Shown: piece by piece, positions 8,911 to 19,142 of the stretch
Position numbering within the stretch: the stretch's first letter is position 1
Layout: each line of letters opens with the position of its first letter
Assembly (NCBI GenBank): GCA_035539315.1
Contig: DATLIR010000047.1
Coordinates: 1-59,190, forward strand
Direction of reading: 5' to 3'
Source: Casimicrobiaceae bacterium
Lineage (GTDB): Bacteria; Pseudomonadota; Gammaproteobacteria; Burkholderiales; Casimicrobiaceae
Length of the DNA stretch: 59,190 bases
The notes under the pieces: generated by a model
Told to the model about the DNA's origin: nothing
What the model saw: the letters and a program-made list of their open reading frames with translations, nothing else
The model's database searches: none
Made by a program: the position numbers and the translations under genes

Positions 8911-10488
8911 ATGCGGATTCCCCTCGTGATCGCCGCCTGCGCTGCAGCGCTGCTGGCGCTCGCGCCATGCGGCGAGGCGAAGACGCTGCGCTGGACCAGC
9001 CAGGGCGACATCCTGACCTTCGACCCGATGGCGCAGAACGAGAGCCTCAACAACACGTTCAACGACTACGTGTACGAGGGGCTGGTCCGCTACAACAAGC
9101 AGTTCGTGCCCGAGCCGGCGCTGGCGACCTCGTGGATCAAGGTGAACCCGCTCACCTGGCGCTTCGTGATCCGGCGAAACGTGAAGTTCCACGACGGCGC
9201 GCCGCTCACCGCCGACGACGTCGTCTTCTCGTTCGAACGGATTCTCAAGCCCGCGTCGAACATGAAGATCTACGCGCAGGGCGTGAAGGAGGTGAAGCGC
9301 GTCGACGACTTCACCGTCGACGTGATCACCGACGGCCCGAACCCGGTGCTGCTGCGCCAGTTCGTCGACGCCAAGATCATGAACCGCGCGTGGTGCGTCA
9401 GGAACAACGTCGTCAACCCGCAGAACTACGCGGCGAAGGAAGAGAACTACGCGGCGAAGAACACCAACGGGACCGGCCCGTTCATGCTCAAGTCGCGCGA
9501 GCCGGACGTGAGGACGGTGCTGGTGGCGAACCCGAACTACTGGGACAAGCTCGAGGGCAACCTGACCGAGATCGTCTACACGCCGATCGGCTCGGACGCG
9601 ACCCGCGCGGCTGCGCTGGTCACCGGCGAGGTCGACCTGGTGCTCGACCCGCCGACGCAGGACGTGCCCCGCCTGCGCCAGAACCCGCAGATCAAGATCG
9701 CCGACGGCACCGAGACGCGCATCATCTTCCTCGGCTTCGACCAGTGGCGCGACGAGACGCCCTATGCGGGCGTCAAGGGCAGGAACCCGTTCAAGGACAA
9801 GCGGGTGCGCCAGGCGCTCTACCAGGCGATCGACGTCGAGGCGATCAAGCGCGCTACGATGCGCGGACTCGCGGTGCCGACCGGATCGATGATCGCGCCG
9901 CAGGTCAACGGCTACACCGACGACACGGCGAAGCGACTGCCCTACGACACTGCCGCGGCGCGCAAGCTATTGGTCGACGCCGGGTACGAGAGCCTTGAGT
10001 TTACGCTCGACTGCCCGAACAACCGCTACATCAACGACGAGGAGATCTGCCAGGCGATCGTCGCGATGTGGGCGCGCATCGGCGTCAAGGCGCGGCTCAA
10101 CGCGATGCCGCGGGCGACCTACTTCCAGAAGATCCAGAAGTTCGACACCAGCGCCTACCTGCTCGGCTGGGCGACCGCGACGTTCGACGGCCTCTACACG
10201 CTGCAGAGCCTGGTGCGCTCGGTCGACCCCAAGGGGGGCGCCGACGGCAACTTCAACCTCGGCAAGTACTCGAACGCGCAAGTGGACGACCTCGTCGACA
10301 AGGTCAAGGCCGAGGTGGACGACCAGAAGCGCAACGCGATGATGCGCGAGGCGCTGGCGCTGCACAACGCCGACATCGGCCACATCCCGCTGCACCAGCA
10401 GGTGATCCCCTGGGCGATGCGCGCCAACGTCTCGGTGTTCCACCGCGCCGACAACCGGCTCGACGCGCGCTGGGTGCGCATCGACTGA
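8911..10488 (+). CDS. Peptide/nickel ABC transporter substrate-binding protein (family 5)
   Basis: GGAG SD at 8901, signal peptide, EPALATSW, RRNVKFHDG..LTADDVVFS, NGTGPF and VRQAL..AID. Confidence 0.92.
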   Translation: MRIPLVIAACAAALLALAPCGEAKTLRWTSQGDILTFDPMAQNESLNNTFNDYVYEGLVRYNKQFVPEPALATSWIKVNPLTWRFVIRRNVKFHDGAPLTADDVVFSFERILKPASNMKIYAQGVKEVKRVDDFTVDVITDGPNPVLLRQFVDAKIMNRAWCVRNNVVNPQNYAAKEENYAAKNTNGTGPFMLKSREPDVRTVLVANPNYWDKLEGNLTEIVYTPIGSDATRAAALVTGEVDLVLDPPTQDVPRLRQNPQIKIADGTETRIIFLGFDQWRDETPYAGVKGRNPFKDKRVRQALYQAIDVEAIKRATMRGLAVPTGSMIAPQVNGYTDDTAKRLPYDTAAARKLLVDAGYESLEFTLDCPNNRYINDEEICQAIVAMWARIGVKARLNAMPRATYFQKIQKFDTSAYLLGWATATFDGLYTLQSLVRSVDPKGGADGNFNLGKYSNAQVDDLVDKVKAEVDDQKRNAMMREALALHNADIGHIPLHQQVIPWAMRANVSVFHRADNRLDARWVRID

Positions 10489-10542
10489 CCACGACGCTCG
10501 CGCGGACCCCGCGCGGCGGGGCCGCCCGCCGCGCCCACCTGC

Positions 10543-11523
10543 ATGCTCGCGTTCGTCCTCCGCCGGTTGCTCCAGACGGTCGCGGTCCTCGCCACCGTGG
10601 CGCTGATCGCGTTCGCCCTGTTCAACTACACCGGCGATCCGATCGCGTTCATGCTGCCGCAGGATGCGACGCTGGTCGAGCGCCAGCAGATGCGCGCCGA
10701 CCTCGGGCTCGACCGGCCGTTCTACGTGCAGTTCGCCCGCTTCGTCGACAACGCCATGCACGGCGAGTTCGGCGTGTCGCTGCGGCAGGGCCGCAAGGTG
10801 TCGACGCTCCTGCGCGAGCGGCTGCCCGCGACGCTGGAACTGTCGATGGCCGCCGCGCTGATCGCGCTCGTGGTGGGCATTCCGGCCGGCGTCTACACCG
10901 CGCTGCGCCGAAACAGCGCGTTCGCGCACGTGCTGCTCGCGGCCTCGCTGGTCGGCGTGAGCCTGCCGACCTTCCTGATCGGCATCCTGCTGATCCTGCT
11001 GTTCGCCGTGCAGCTGGGCTGGCTGCCGAGCTTCGGGCGCGGCGATACCGTCGCGCTCGGCTGGTGGACCACGGGCCTCCTGACGCCAAGCGGCCTGCGC
11101 TCGCTGATCCTGCCCTCGATCACGCTCGCGCTGTTCCAGACCACGCTGATCATGCGGCTGGTGCGCGCCGAGATGCTCGAGGTGCTGCGCACCGACTACA
11201 TCAAGTTCGCGCGCGCCCGCGGCCTCACCGACCGCGCGGTCCATTTCGGCCATGCGCTCAAGAACACGCTGGTGCCGGTGATCACGATCACCGGATTGCA
11301 GCTCGGCGCGATCATCGCGTTCGCGATCATCACCGAGACGGTGTTCCAGTGGCCGGGCATGGGGCTCCTGTTCATCCAGGCGGTCAACTTCGCCGACATC
11401 CCGGTGATGGCGGCGTACCTCTGCTTCATCGCCGTCGTCTTCGTCACCCTCAACCTGATCGTCGACCTCCTGTACTACGCGGTCGACCCGCGCCTGCGCA
11501 TCGAGCGTGGCTTCGCGCACTAG
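10543..11523 (+). CDS. Peptide ABC transporter permease (DppB-like)
   Basis: LGLDRP..VQF, LPATLEL, EAA loop DYIKFARARGL and ETVFQWPGMG. Confidence 0.93.
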   Translation: MLAFVLRRLLQTVAVLATVALIAFALFNYTGDPIAFMLPQDATLVERQQMRADLGLDRPFYVQFARFVDNAMHGEFGVSLRQGRKVSTLLRERLPATLELSMAAALIALVVGIPAGVYTALRRNSAFAHVLLAASLVGVSLPTFLIGILLILLFAVQLGWLPSFGRGDTVALGWWTTGLLTPSGLRSLILPSITLALFQTTLIMRLVRAEMLEVLRTDYIKFARARGLTDRAVHFGHALKNTLVPVITITGLQLGAIIAFAIITETVFQWPGMGLLFIQAVNFADIPVMAAYLCFIAVVFVTLNLIVDLLYYAVDPRLRIERGFAH

Positions 11524-11530
11524 AGGCTTC

Positions 11531-12730
11531 ATGCAACCCGTCGAATACATCCGCCGCTGGCAGGACGAGTTCGTGGCGCTGCGCCGCGACCTGCACGCGC
11601 ATCCCGAGCTCGGCTTCGAGGAGCACCGCACCGCGAACGTGGTCGCCGAGCGGCTGGCCGCCCTCAACATCGAGCACCACACCGGCGTCGGCAAGACCGG
11701 CATCGTCGCCGTGGTGCGCGGGCGCTCGACGGCGAGCGGGCGCTCGGTCGGCCTGCGCGCGGACATGGACGCGCTGCCGATGCAGGAGGACAACACGTTC
11801 GCGCACCGCTCGCGCTACGACGGGCGCATGCACGGCTGCGGCCACGACGGCCACACGGCGATGCTGCTCGCGACGGCTCGCTACCTGGCCGAGACGCGCG
11901 CGTTCGACGGCACCGTCACGCTGATCTTCCAGCCGGGCGAGGAGGGCTACGCCGGCGGTCGCGCGATGATCGAGGATGGCCTGTTCGAGCGCTTCCCGGC
12001 CGACCAGATCTTCGCGCTCCACAACTGGCCCGGGCTGCCGGTCGGCAAGATCGCCGTCCGGCCGGGGCCGATGATGGCGGCGGCCGACCGCATCATCATC
12101 GACATCGAGGGAAAGGGCGGCCACGGCGCGCATCCGCACCAGGCGGTCGATCCCGTGCTGGTCGCCGGCCACATCATCACCGCCGCCCAGTCGGTGGTCG
12201 CGCGCAACGTCTCGCCGATCGACACCGCGGTGGTGAGCCTGTGCGCGATGCATGCCGGCCATCCGGGCGCGATGAGCGTGATCCCGCGCACCGCGCAGCT
12301 GGTCGGCACGGTGCGCACGTTCAAGGCGTCGACGCAGGACATGATCGAGCGGCGCCTCGCCGACCTGGTGCCGTCGATCGCCGCGGCGTTCGGCGCGACC
12401 GCGAAGATCACCTACGAGCGCGTCTATCCGGCCACGATCAACACCGCGGCCGAGGCGCGCTTCGCGGCGCACGTCGCCGAGGACGTCGTCGGCCGCGACA
12501 ACGTCGTGCACGACCTCGACCCGTCGATGGGGTCGGAGGACTTCTCGTTCATGCTGCAGCGGCGCCCCGGGGCCTACGCGCGCCTCGGCCAGGGCGGCGT
12601 CGGCGGCGCGCCGGCGTGCTTCCTGCACGACAGCCGCTACGACTTCAACGACAGCGTGATCCCGATCGGCGCGGGCTACCTGGCCGCGCTGGCGGAGCGG
12701 GCGATGCCGCTCGCGGGGGAGCGCGCTTGA
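11531..12730 (+). CDS. M20D amidohydrolase (hippurate hydrolase-like)
   Basis: RRDLHAHPELGFEE, LRADMDALP, MHGCGHDGH, FQPGEEG, GGHGAHP and SEDF. Confidence 0.92.
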   Translation: MQPVEYIRRWQDEFVALRRDLHAHPELGFEEHRTANVVAERLAALNIEHHTGVGKTGIVAVVRGRSTASGRSVGLRADMDALPMQEDNTFAHRSRYDGRMHGCGHDGHTAMLLATARYLAETRAFDGTVTLIFQPGEEGYAGGRAMIEDGLFERFPADQIFALHNWPGLPVGKIAVRPGPMMAAADRIIIDIEGKGGHGAHPHQAVDPVLVAGHIITAAQSVVARNVSPIDTAVVSLCAMHAGHPGAMSVIPRTAQLVGTVRTFKASTQDMIERRLADLVPSIAAAFGATAKITYERVYPATINTAAEARFAAHVAEDVVGRDNVVHDLDPSMGSEDFSFMLQRRPGAYARLGQGGVGGAPACFLHDSRYDFNDSVIPIGAGYLAALAERAMPLAGERA

Positions 12731-12732
12731 CC

Positions 12733-13821
12733 ATGCGCGACCCCGCCGAAGCGTTCGCTTCCACCTACGCGGAGGCGCGCGCCCGGTTCGCGGCCGCCGC
12801 CCAGGCACGCGGCTACGCGCTGGACGCGCACGAGCATCCCGATGCCCGCGGCGCCGAGGGCGAGACGCTGGCGATGGACGTTGCGACGACCGGCCGCCGC
12901 GATGCCGAGACGCTGCTCGTGATCACCTCGGGAACACATGGCGTGGAGGGCTTCTGCGGGTCCGGCTGCCAGGTCGGTCTGCTCGGCGACGACAGCTTCG
13001 CGGCGGCGGTCGCGTCCAGCGGCGCCGCGGTGGCACTGGTCCACGCGGTCAACCCGTACGGCCTTTCGCACCTGCGCCGCACCAACGAGGGCAACGTCGA
13101 CCTGAACCGCAACTTCCGGTCGTTCGCCTCGCCCCCCGAGCCGAACGCGGCCTACGCCGAGGTTCATCCGGTCGTGGTGCCGCCGACCTGGCCGCCCGAC
13201 CCCGAGAACGAGGCGAAGATCGGCGCCTACCTCCGCGAGCGCGGTCCGGCGGCGTTCCAGCAGGCGGTGTCCGGGGGGCAGTGCGAATTTCCCGATGGCC
13301 TGTTCTACGGCGGCACGGCGCCAGCCTGGTCGAACGCGACGCTGCGAGGCGTCCTGCGCGAGCAGGGCCGCGGCCGCCGCCGCGTCACGCTGATCGACAT
13401 CCACACGGGCCTCGGCCCATGCGGCCACGGGGAGAAAATCTACGTCGGCACCGGCGATGCGGCCTCGGTCGCCCGCACGCGAGCGACGTTCGGTGCGGAT
13501 GTCACGTCGTACTTCGACGGCTCGTCGACGTCGGCGGCGCTGACCGGCGTCATCGACCAGGCCGTGCGCGACGAATGCCCGTCCGTGACGTTCACCGGCA
13601 TCGGCCTCGAGTACGGCACCATCGACCTGATGGCGACGCTGCAGGCGCTGCGCGCGGACCAGTGGCTCGCCAACCACGGCGGCGCGCATGCGCCGCAGCG
13701 AGCGGCGATCAAGCGCGCCCTGCGCGATGCGTTCTACGTCGACCGGCCGGACTGGAAGGCGATGGTGTGGGCGCAGGCGCGCGTCGCCGCGCTGCAGGCG
13801 CTGCGGGGGCTGGCGTCGTGA
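12733..13821 (+). CDS. M14-like metallopeptidase (DUF2817)
   Basis: SGTHGVEG (HxxE), NPYG...RRTNEGNVDLNRN, DIHTGLGP and LEYGT. Confidence 0.85.
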   Translation: MRDPAEAFASTYAEARARFAAAAQARGYALDAHEHPDARGAEGETLAMDVATTGRRDAETLLVITSGTHGVEGFCGSGCQVGLLGDDSFAAAVASSGAAVALVHAVNPYGLSHLRRTNEGNVDLNRNFRSFASPPEPNAAYAEVHPVVVPPTWPPDPENEAKIGAYLRERGPAAFQQAVSGGQCEFPDGLFYGGTAPAWSNATLRGVLREQGRGRRRVTLIDIHTGLGPCGHGEKIYVGTGDAASVARTRATFGADVTSYFDGSSTSAALTGVIDQAVRDECPSVTFTGIGLEYGTIDLMATLQALRADQWLANHGGAHAPQRAAIKRALRDAFYVDRPDWKAMVWAQARVAALQALRGLAS

Positions 13822-14759
13822 CCGATCCAACGATCGTCCCGGCACCTGCGTCGGCAGCCCACGCCGCGTGGAACAGCGACGTCGCGTGGAGCTTCCGCCA
13901 TTCGCCGGTCGCGGTCGTCTCCGCGATCGTGCTCGCGGTGTGCCTCATCGCCGCGTTGTTCGCGCCCTGGCTTGCGCCCAAGCATCCGTACGACCTCGCC
14001 TCGCTCAACCTGCTCGACGCGCTGTCGCCCCCCGTCTGGGAGACCGGCGGCAAGGAAGGCTACCTGCTCGGCACCGACGACCAGGGCCGCGACGTGCTGT
14101 CGACCATCATGTTCGGCGCGCGCGTGTCGCTGATGGTGGGGATCGCCTCCGTGCTGCTGGCGGTCGTGGTCGGTGTGGGCCTGGGACTCCTCGCCGGCTA
14201 TGTCGGCGGCCGCACCGACGCCGTCATCATGCGCATCGCCGACGTGCAGCTCTCGTTCCCGGCGATCCTGATCGCGCTCCTGATCGACGGCGTCGCGCGC
14301 GCGATGCTGCCGCACGAGGCGCACGGCGAGCTCGCGCTCGCGGTGCTGATCCTCGCGATCGCGGCGTCGAACTGGGTGCAGTACGCCCGCACGGTGCGCG
14401 GCTCGACGATGGTCGAGAAGAACAAGGAGTACGTGCAGGCCGCGCGCGTGATCGGCGTGGCGCCGCTCGGCATCATGCGACGCCACCTCCTGCCCAACGT
14501 GCTCGGGCCGGTGCTGGTGCTCGGGACCATCAACATCGCGACCGCGATCATCACCGAGGCGACGCTGTCGTTCCTCGGCGTGGGGGTGCCGGCCACGCAG
14601 CCCTCGCTCGGCACGCTGATCCGGGTCGGCAACGATTTCCTGTTCTCGGGCGAATGGTGGATCACCGTGTTCCCGGGCGCCGCACTGGTTATCATGGTCC
14701 TGTCGATCAACCTGCTGGGGGATTGGCTGCGCGACGCCCTCAATCCCAAGCTCCGGTAG
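13818..14759 (+). CDS. Peptide ABC transporter permease (DppC-like)
   Basis: GTG start overlaps the upstream stop. Motifs: LGTDDQGRD, EYVQAARVIG, EATLSFLG and NLLGDWLRDALNP. Confidence 0.93.
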   Translation: MTDPTIVPAPASAAHAAWNSDVAWSFRHSPVAVVSAIVLAVCLIAALFAPWLAPKHPYDLASLNLLDALSPPVWETGGKEGYLLGTDDQGRDVLSTIMFGARVSLMVGIASVLLAVVVGVGLGLLAGYVGGRTDAVIMRIADVQLSFPAILIALLIDGVARAMLPHEAHGELALAVLILAIAASNWVQYARTVRGSTMVEKNKEYVQAARVIGVAPLGIMRRHLLPNVLGPVLVLGTINIATAIITEATLSFLGVGVPATQPSLGTLIRVGNDFLFSGEWWITVFPGAALVIMVLSINLLGDWLRDALNPKLR

Positions 14760-14836
14760 GCGCCGGGCGGGGGCGACGCGTTAAGACGGATGGCGGGGAG
14801 CCCCGGGGGCGGCCCGCCCAATCTCGAGGAGGCACC

Positions 14837-15229
14837 ATGCGAATCCTGCGAATCTCGTTTGCCGTCGCGTCGGTCCCGGTGCTCTTGTCCGGATGCGCGA
14901 CCATGAACGCGCCGTGGTCGGAGGTCGTCGGCACGCGCTACCACGTCGCCATCGCCGACCGGCGCCCGGTCAACATCGTCACGATCGGGGACCAGGGCGG
15001 CTGGGCCAACAACCAGCCGATGCTGGTCGACCCGGGTACCTACCGGGTGGTGGTCGAGTCGCGTCCGCACGCCGGCTATCGCGGCGGGCGGCAACGCGAG
15101 CTCCAGCTGACGCTCGAGCCGTGCAAGCGCTACTACCTGAACGCGCAGTTCGACAGCCAGGTCAGCGCCGACTACACGCCCGTGGTCGACGAGGTCGAGA
15201 ACATCGGCGGGTGCCGCCGCTCGGCCTGA
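14837..15229 (+). CDS. Small hypothetical lipoprotein
   Basis: Strong SD GAGGAGG, lipobox LSGC, and two further Cys (LEPCKRYY, GGC). Confidence 0.8.
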   Translation: MRILRISFAVASVPVLLSGCATMNAPWSEVVGTRYHVAIADRRPVNIVTIGDQGGWANNQPMLVDPGTYRVVVESRPHAGYRGGRQRELQLTLEPCKRYYLNAQFDSQVSADYTPVVDEVENIGGCRRSA

Positions 15230-15239
15230 CGACGCGCGC

Positions 15240-16222
15240 GTGCACCCCGAGCCGCTCCTCGCCGTCGACCGGCTGCGCGTCGAGTTCCCGACGCGCCACG
15301 GCACGCTCGTCGCGGTCCACGACGTGAGCTTCCAGATCGGGCGCGGCGAGGTGCTGGGGGTCGTCGGCGAGTCCGGTGCGGGCAAGTCGATCACCGGCGC
15401 GGCGGTCATCGGGCTGATCGACCCCCCCGGGCGCATCGCCTCGGGCGAGATCCACCTCGACGGCCGCCGCATCGACGGCCTGCCGCACGACCGGATGCGG
15501 CGCATCCGCGGGCGCGAGATCGGCGCGGTGTTCCAGGATCCGCTCACCTCGCTCAATCCGCTCTACACGATCGGCCGCCAGATCGTGGAAACGATCCGCA
15601 CGCACCTGCCGATGGGCGAAACCGAGGCCACCGACCGCGCGGTGGCACTCCTCGAGGAGGTCGGCATCCCGGGCGCCGCCCGGCGCATCGACCACTACCC
15701 GCACCAGTTCTCCGGCGGGATGCGCCAGCGCGTCGTGATCGCGCTCGCGCTGGCGGCCAAGCCCAAGCTCATCATCGCGGACGAGCCGACCACCGCGCTC
15801 GACGTCTCGATCCAGGCGCAGATCATCCAGGTGCTGAAACGGCTGTGCCGCGACCACGGGACCGCGGTGATGCTGATCACGCACGACATGGGGGTGATCG
15901 CCGAGACCGCCGACCGCGTCGCCGTGATGTACGCGGGCCGCATCGTCGAGATCGGCCCGGTGGACGAGGTGATCCACCGGCCGCGCCACCCCTACACGGT
16001 CGGTCTCATGGGCTCGATCCCGTCGATCGGCGCGACGGTCGAGCGCCTGACGCAGATCGACGGCTCGATGCCGCGACTCACCGCGGTGCCGAGCGGGTGC
16101 GCGTTCCACCCGCGCTGCCCGCGGGCGATCGAGCGCTGCGGCCGCGAGCGTCCCGAGCTCGAAACCGCTGGCATCACGCGTGCGGCGTGCTGGCTGGCCG
16201 GCGTTCCGGTCGAGGTCGCCGC

Positions 16223-16226
<4 letters not shown>
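15240..16226 (+). CDS. Peptide ABC transporter ATPase (DppD-like)
   Basis: GESGAGKS, FSGGMRQR, ADEPTTALD and the C-terminal oligo_HPY/Cys motif. Confidence 0.93.
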
Positions 16227-17296
<1,070 letters not shown>

Positions 17297-17331
17297 GCGT
17301 TGCCCGCGCGACCGTCGCGGCGAACCCCCCG

Positions 17332-18972
17332 TCAGAGCCGCGTCTTCCAGGGCCTGCGCCACACGTCGCCGAGCGAGGCGAGCTTGGCGCGCGCGGGCAT
17401 GCGCTCGTCCGAGAGCGCCTCGAGGAAGTCCGACAACCGCTTCGACTTGACGATCGTGTAGAACGTGAGCGCCGTCACCGGCACGATCACCGCGACGAAC
17501 CACGCGATCTTCTCGGCCGTCGGCGCCTCGGCGAGCGAGAACAGGTTCATGCCGAGGAACCCGGTCGCGACGGTGCCGATCAGGCCGAACGTCGTGACGA
17601 CGGTGAGCCGTACCACGGTGTTCGCCTGCCGCCGCAGGGTGTCCGCTTCGAGGTAGGCGCTCATGTCCCAGATCTCGCCGTGGATCTCGGTGTAGAGCGC
17701 GTCGTTGCCAAGGGAGCCCGAGGTCATCCTGTAGAGCTCCTTCGCCTGCGGCTGGTCGGACACCTCGTGGAACCAGTAGCGGTGCGAGAAGCGCAGGAAG
17801 ATCTCGAGCAGCTGGCGGATCGTCCTCTTGAAGCGCCGCACCGACTCCGCATCCTGGATCACGAGCTTGTTGAGCGCGTCGACCATGCGGTCGGAGAGCA
17901 TCAGCAACGTCGCCTTGTGGATGTGGGGAATCAGGAACAGCAGGAAGTACTGGTGCCGGAACTGCCCGAGGAGGCCGCTGTCGCGGTCGACGAAGAACGA
18001 CTCGGACGCGTCTCCCACCATCACGAACGCATGGCCGGTCGCCATGAAGCGCGTGCCCGGCCGCCCCGGCGCCTCCTCGTTCCAGAACTGGTCGTAGCAG
18101 TAGCGGTCCTCGAAGTCGCGCACGTAGCGGGCCGAGTACGGAAGCTCGTCGCGCGTGCCCGGATGGGCGACCAGCCCGAGCCGGATGAAGTCGGCGCGGG
18201 TGAGCGCGCGGGCGTCGTCCATCGCGAGATAGGCGAGGAACGGCATCCGGCTGTATTCGATCTGCCGGTAGCGGACCACACCCGGCTCGCCGGTATGGTG
18301 CGCGACGAGCGGCCGCAGGAGCCAGGTCAGGTGGTCGGCGAAGCGAGGTGCGCGCTGCGCGCCGACGAACGCCAGGTAGCGCTCGCGCTGGTCGTAGTCC
18401 GACGCCGCGAGGACCGCGCCCGACGCGTCGAGCCATTCGGCCCGGTCGAGGCAGTGGCCGCCGCCGCCGTGGTCGTGCCAGAACGTCGGATAGGCGCGGC
18501 CGAATCGATACATGGCGTCCTGGACGCGCTGGAGCGGCAGGTCGTTCGCGTGGATCTCGATCACGAGGATCACGACGTCGAGGTCGTAGAAGAAGCACAG
18601 GTCGACGTGCGCGACCGCGAACTCCTGCGGCGCGTCGCGCGCGTCGGGAAAGGTCATGCGGACCCGCGCGATGTCGTGCCGGCGGAAGACGCGGATCGGC
18701 GAGTCGGCGCCCGGCGTGCCGCCACGTCCGCGGCCTTCGCCGTACAGGAAGCGGCGCACGTAGGGCAGGAACGTCACGAACTCGCTGTAGTGCCGCGCCT
18801 GGAAGTCCTCGGGCGCGCAGCTGAACTCGTCGCGGAACTCGCGCCACGGGTGCGGCGTGTCGCTGCGCTCGAGCAGCTCCCACGGCTCCTGGATCTGCTC
18901 GCCCTCCCGGATCGGCATCAGTTGCAGCGGCCAGATCAGGATCTGCCGGAACTGGCGGACGAGCGCTGACAT
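17332..18972 (-). CDS. CorA-like membrane protein with a long, unusual soluble N-terminal region
   Basis: The C-terminus has two TM helices with GFLGMN (the CorA GMN signature). The ~440 aa N-terminal region was not recognised. Confidence 0.65.
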   Translation of the reverse strand: MSALVRQFRQILIWPLQLMPIREGEQIQEPWELLERSDTPHPWREFRDEFSCAPEDFQARHYSEFVTFLPYVRRFLYGEGRGRGGTPGADSPIRVFRRHDIARVRMTFPDARDAPQEFAVAHVDLCFFYDLDVVILVIEIHANDLPLQRVQDAMYRFGRAYPTFWHDHGGGGHCLDRAEWLDASGAVLAASDYDQRERYLAFVGAQRAPRFADHLTWLLRPLVAHHTGEPGVVRYRQIEYSRMPFLAYLAMDDARALTRADFIRLGLVAHPGTRDELPYSARYVRDFEDRYCYDQFWNEEAPGRPGTRFMATGHAFVMVGDASESFFVDRDSGLLGQFRHQYFLLFLIPHIHKATLLMLSDRMVDALNKLVIQDAESVRRFKRTIRQLLEIFLRFSHRYWFHEVSDQPQAKELYRMTSGSLGNDALYTEIHGEIWDMSAYLEADTLRRQANTVVRLTVVTTFGLIGTVATGFLGMNLFSLAEAPTAEKIAWFVAVIVPVTALTFYTIVKSKRLSDFLEALSDERMPARAKLASLGDVWRRPWKTRL

Positions 18973-19142
18973 GGGTGCGGGGCGGAAAGGGCAGGCGGAA
19001 CGGCGAAGCGCCCGCCGGATCGCAAGGGTCGGTGCCGGGCGCGCGAGGCGCTTCCGCTATAATTCTAGACGTGGCGGCGCGGATTGGGCACATGCGCTTC
19101 CACCCAGCACTCGTTCCCTCGCTCCCGACCCTTCCGACGCCC

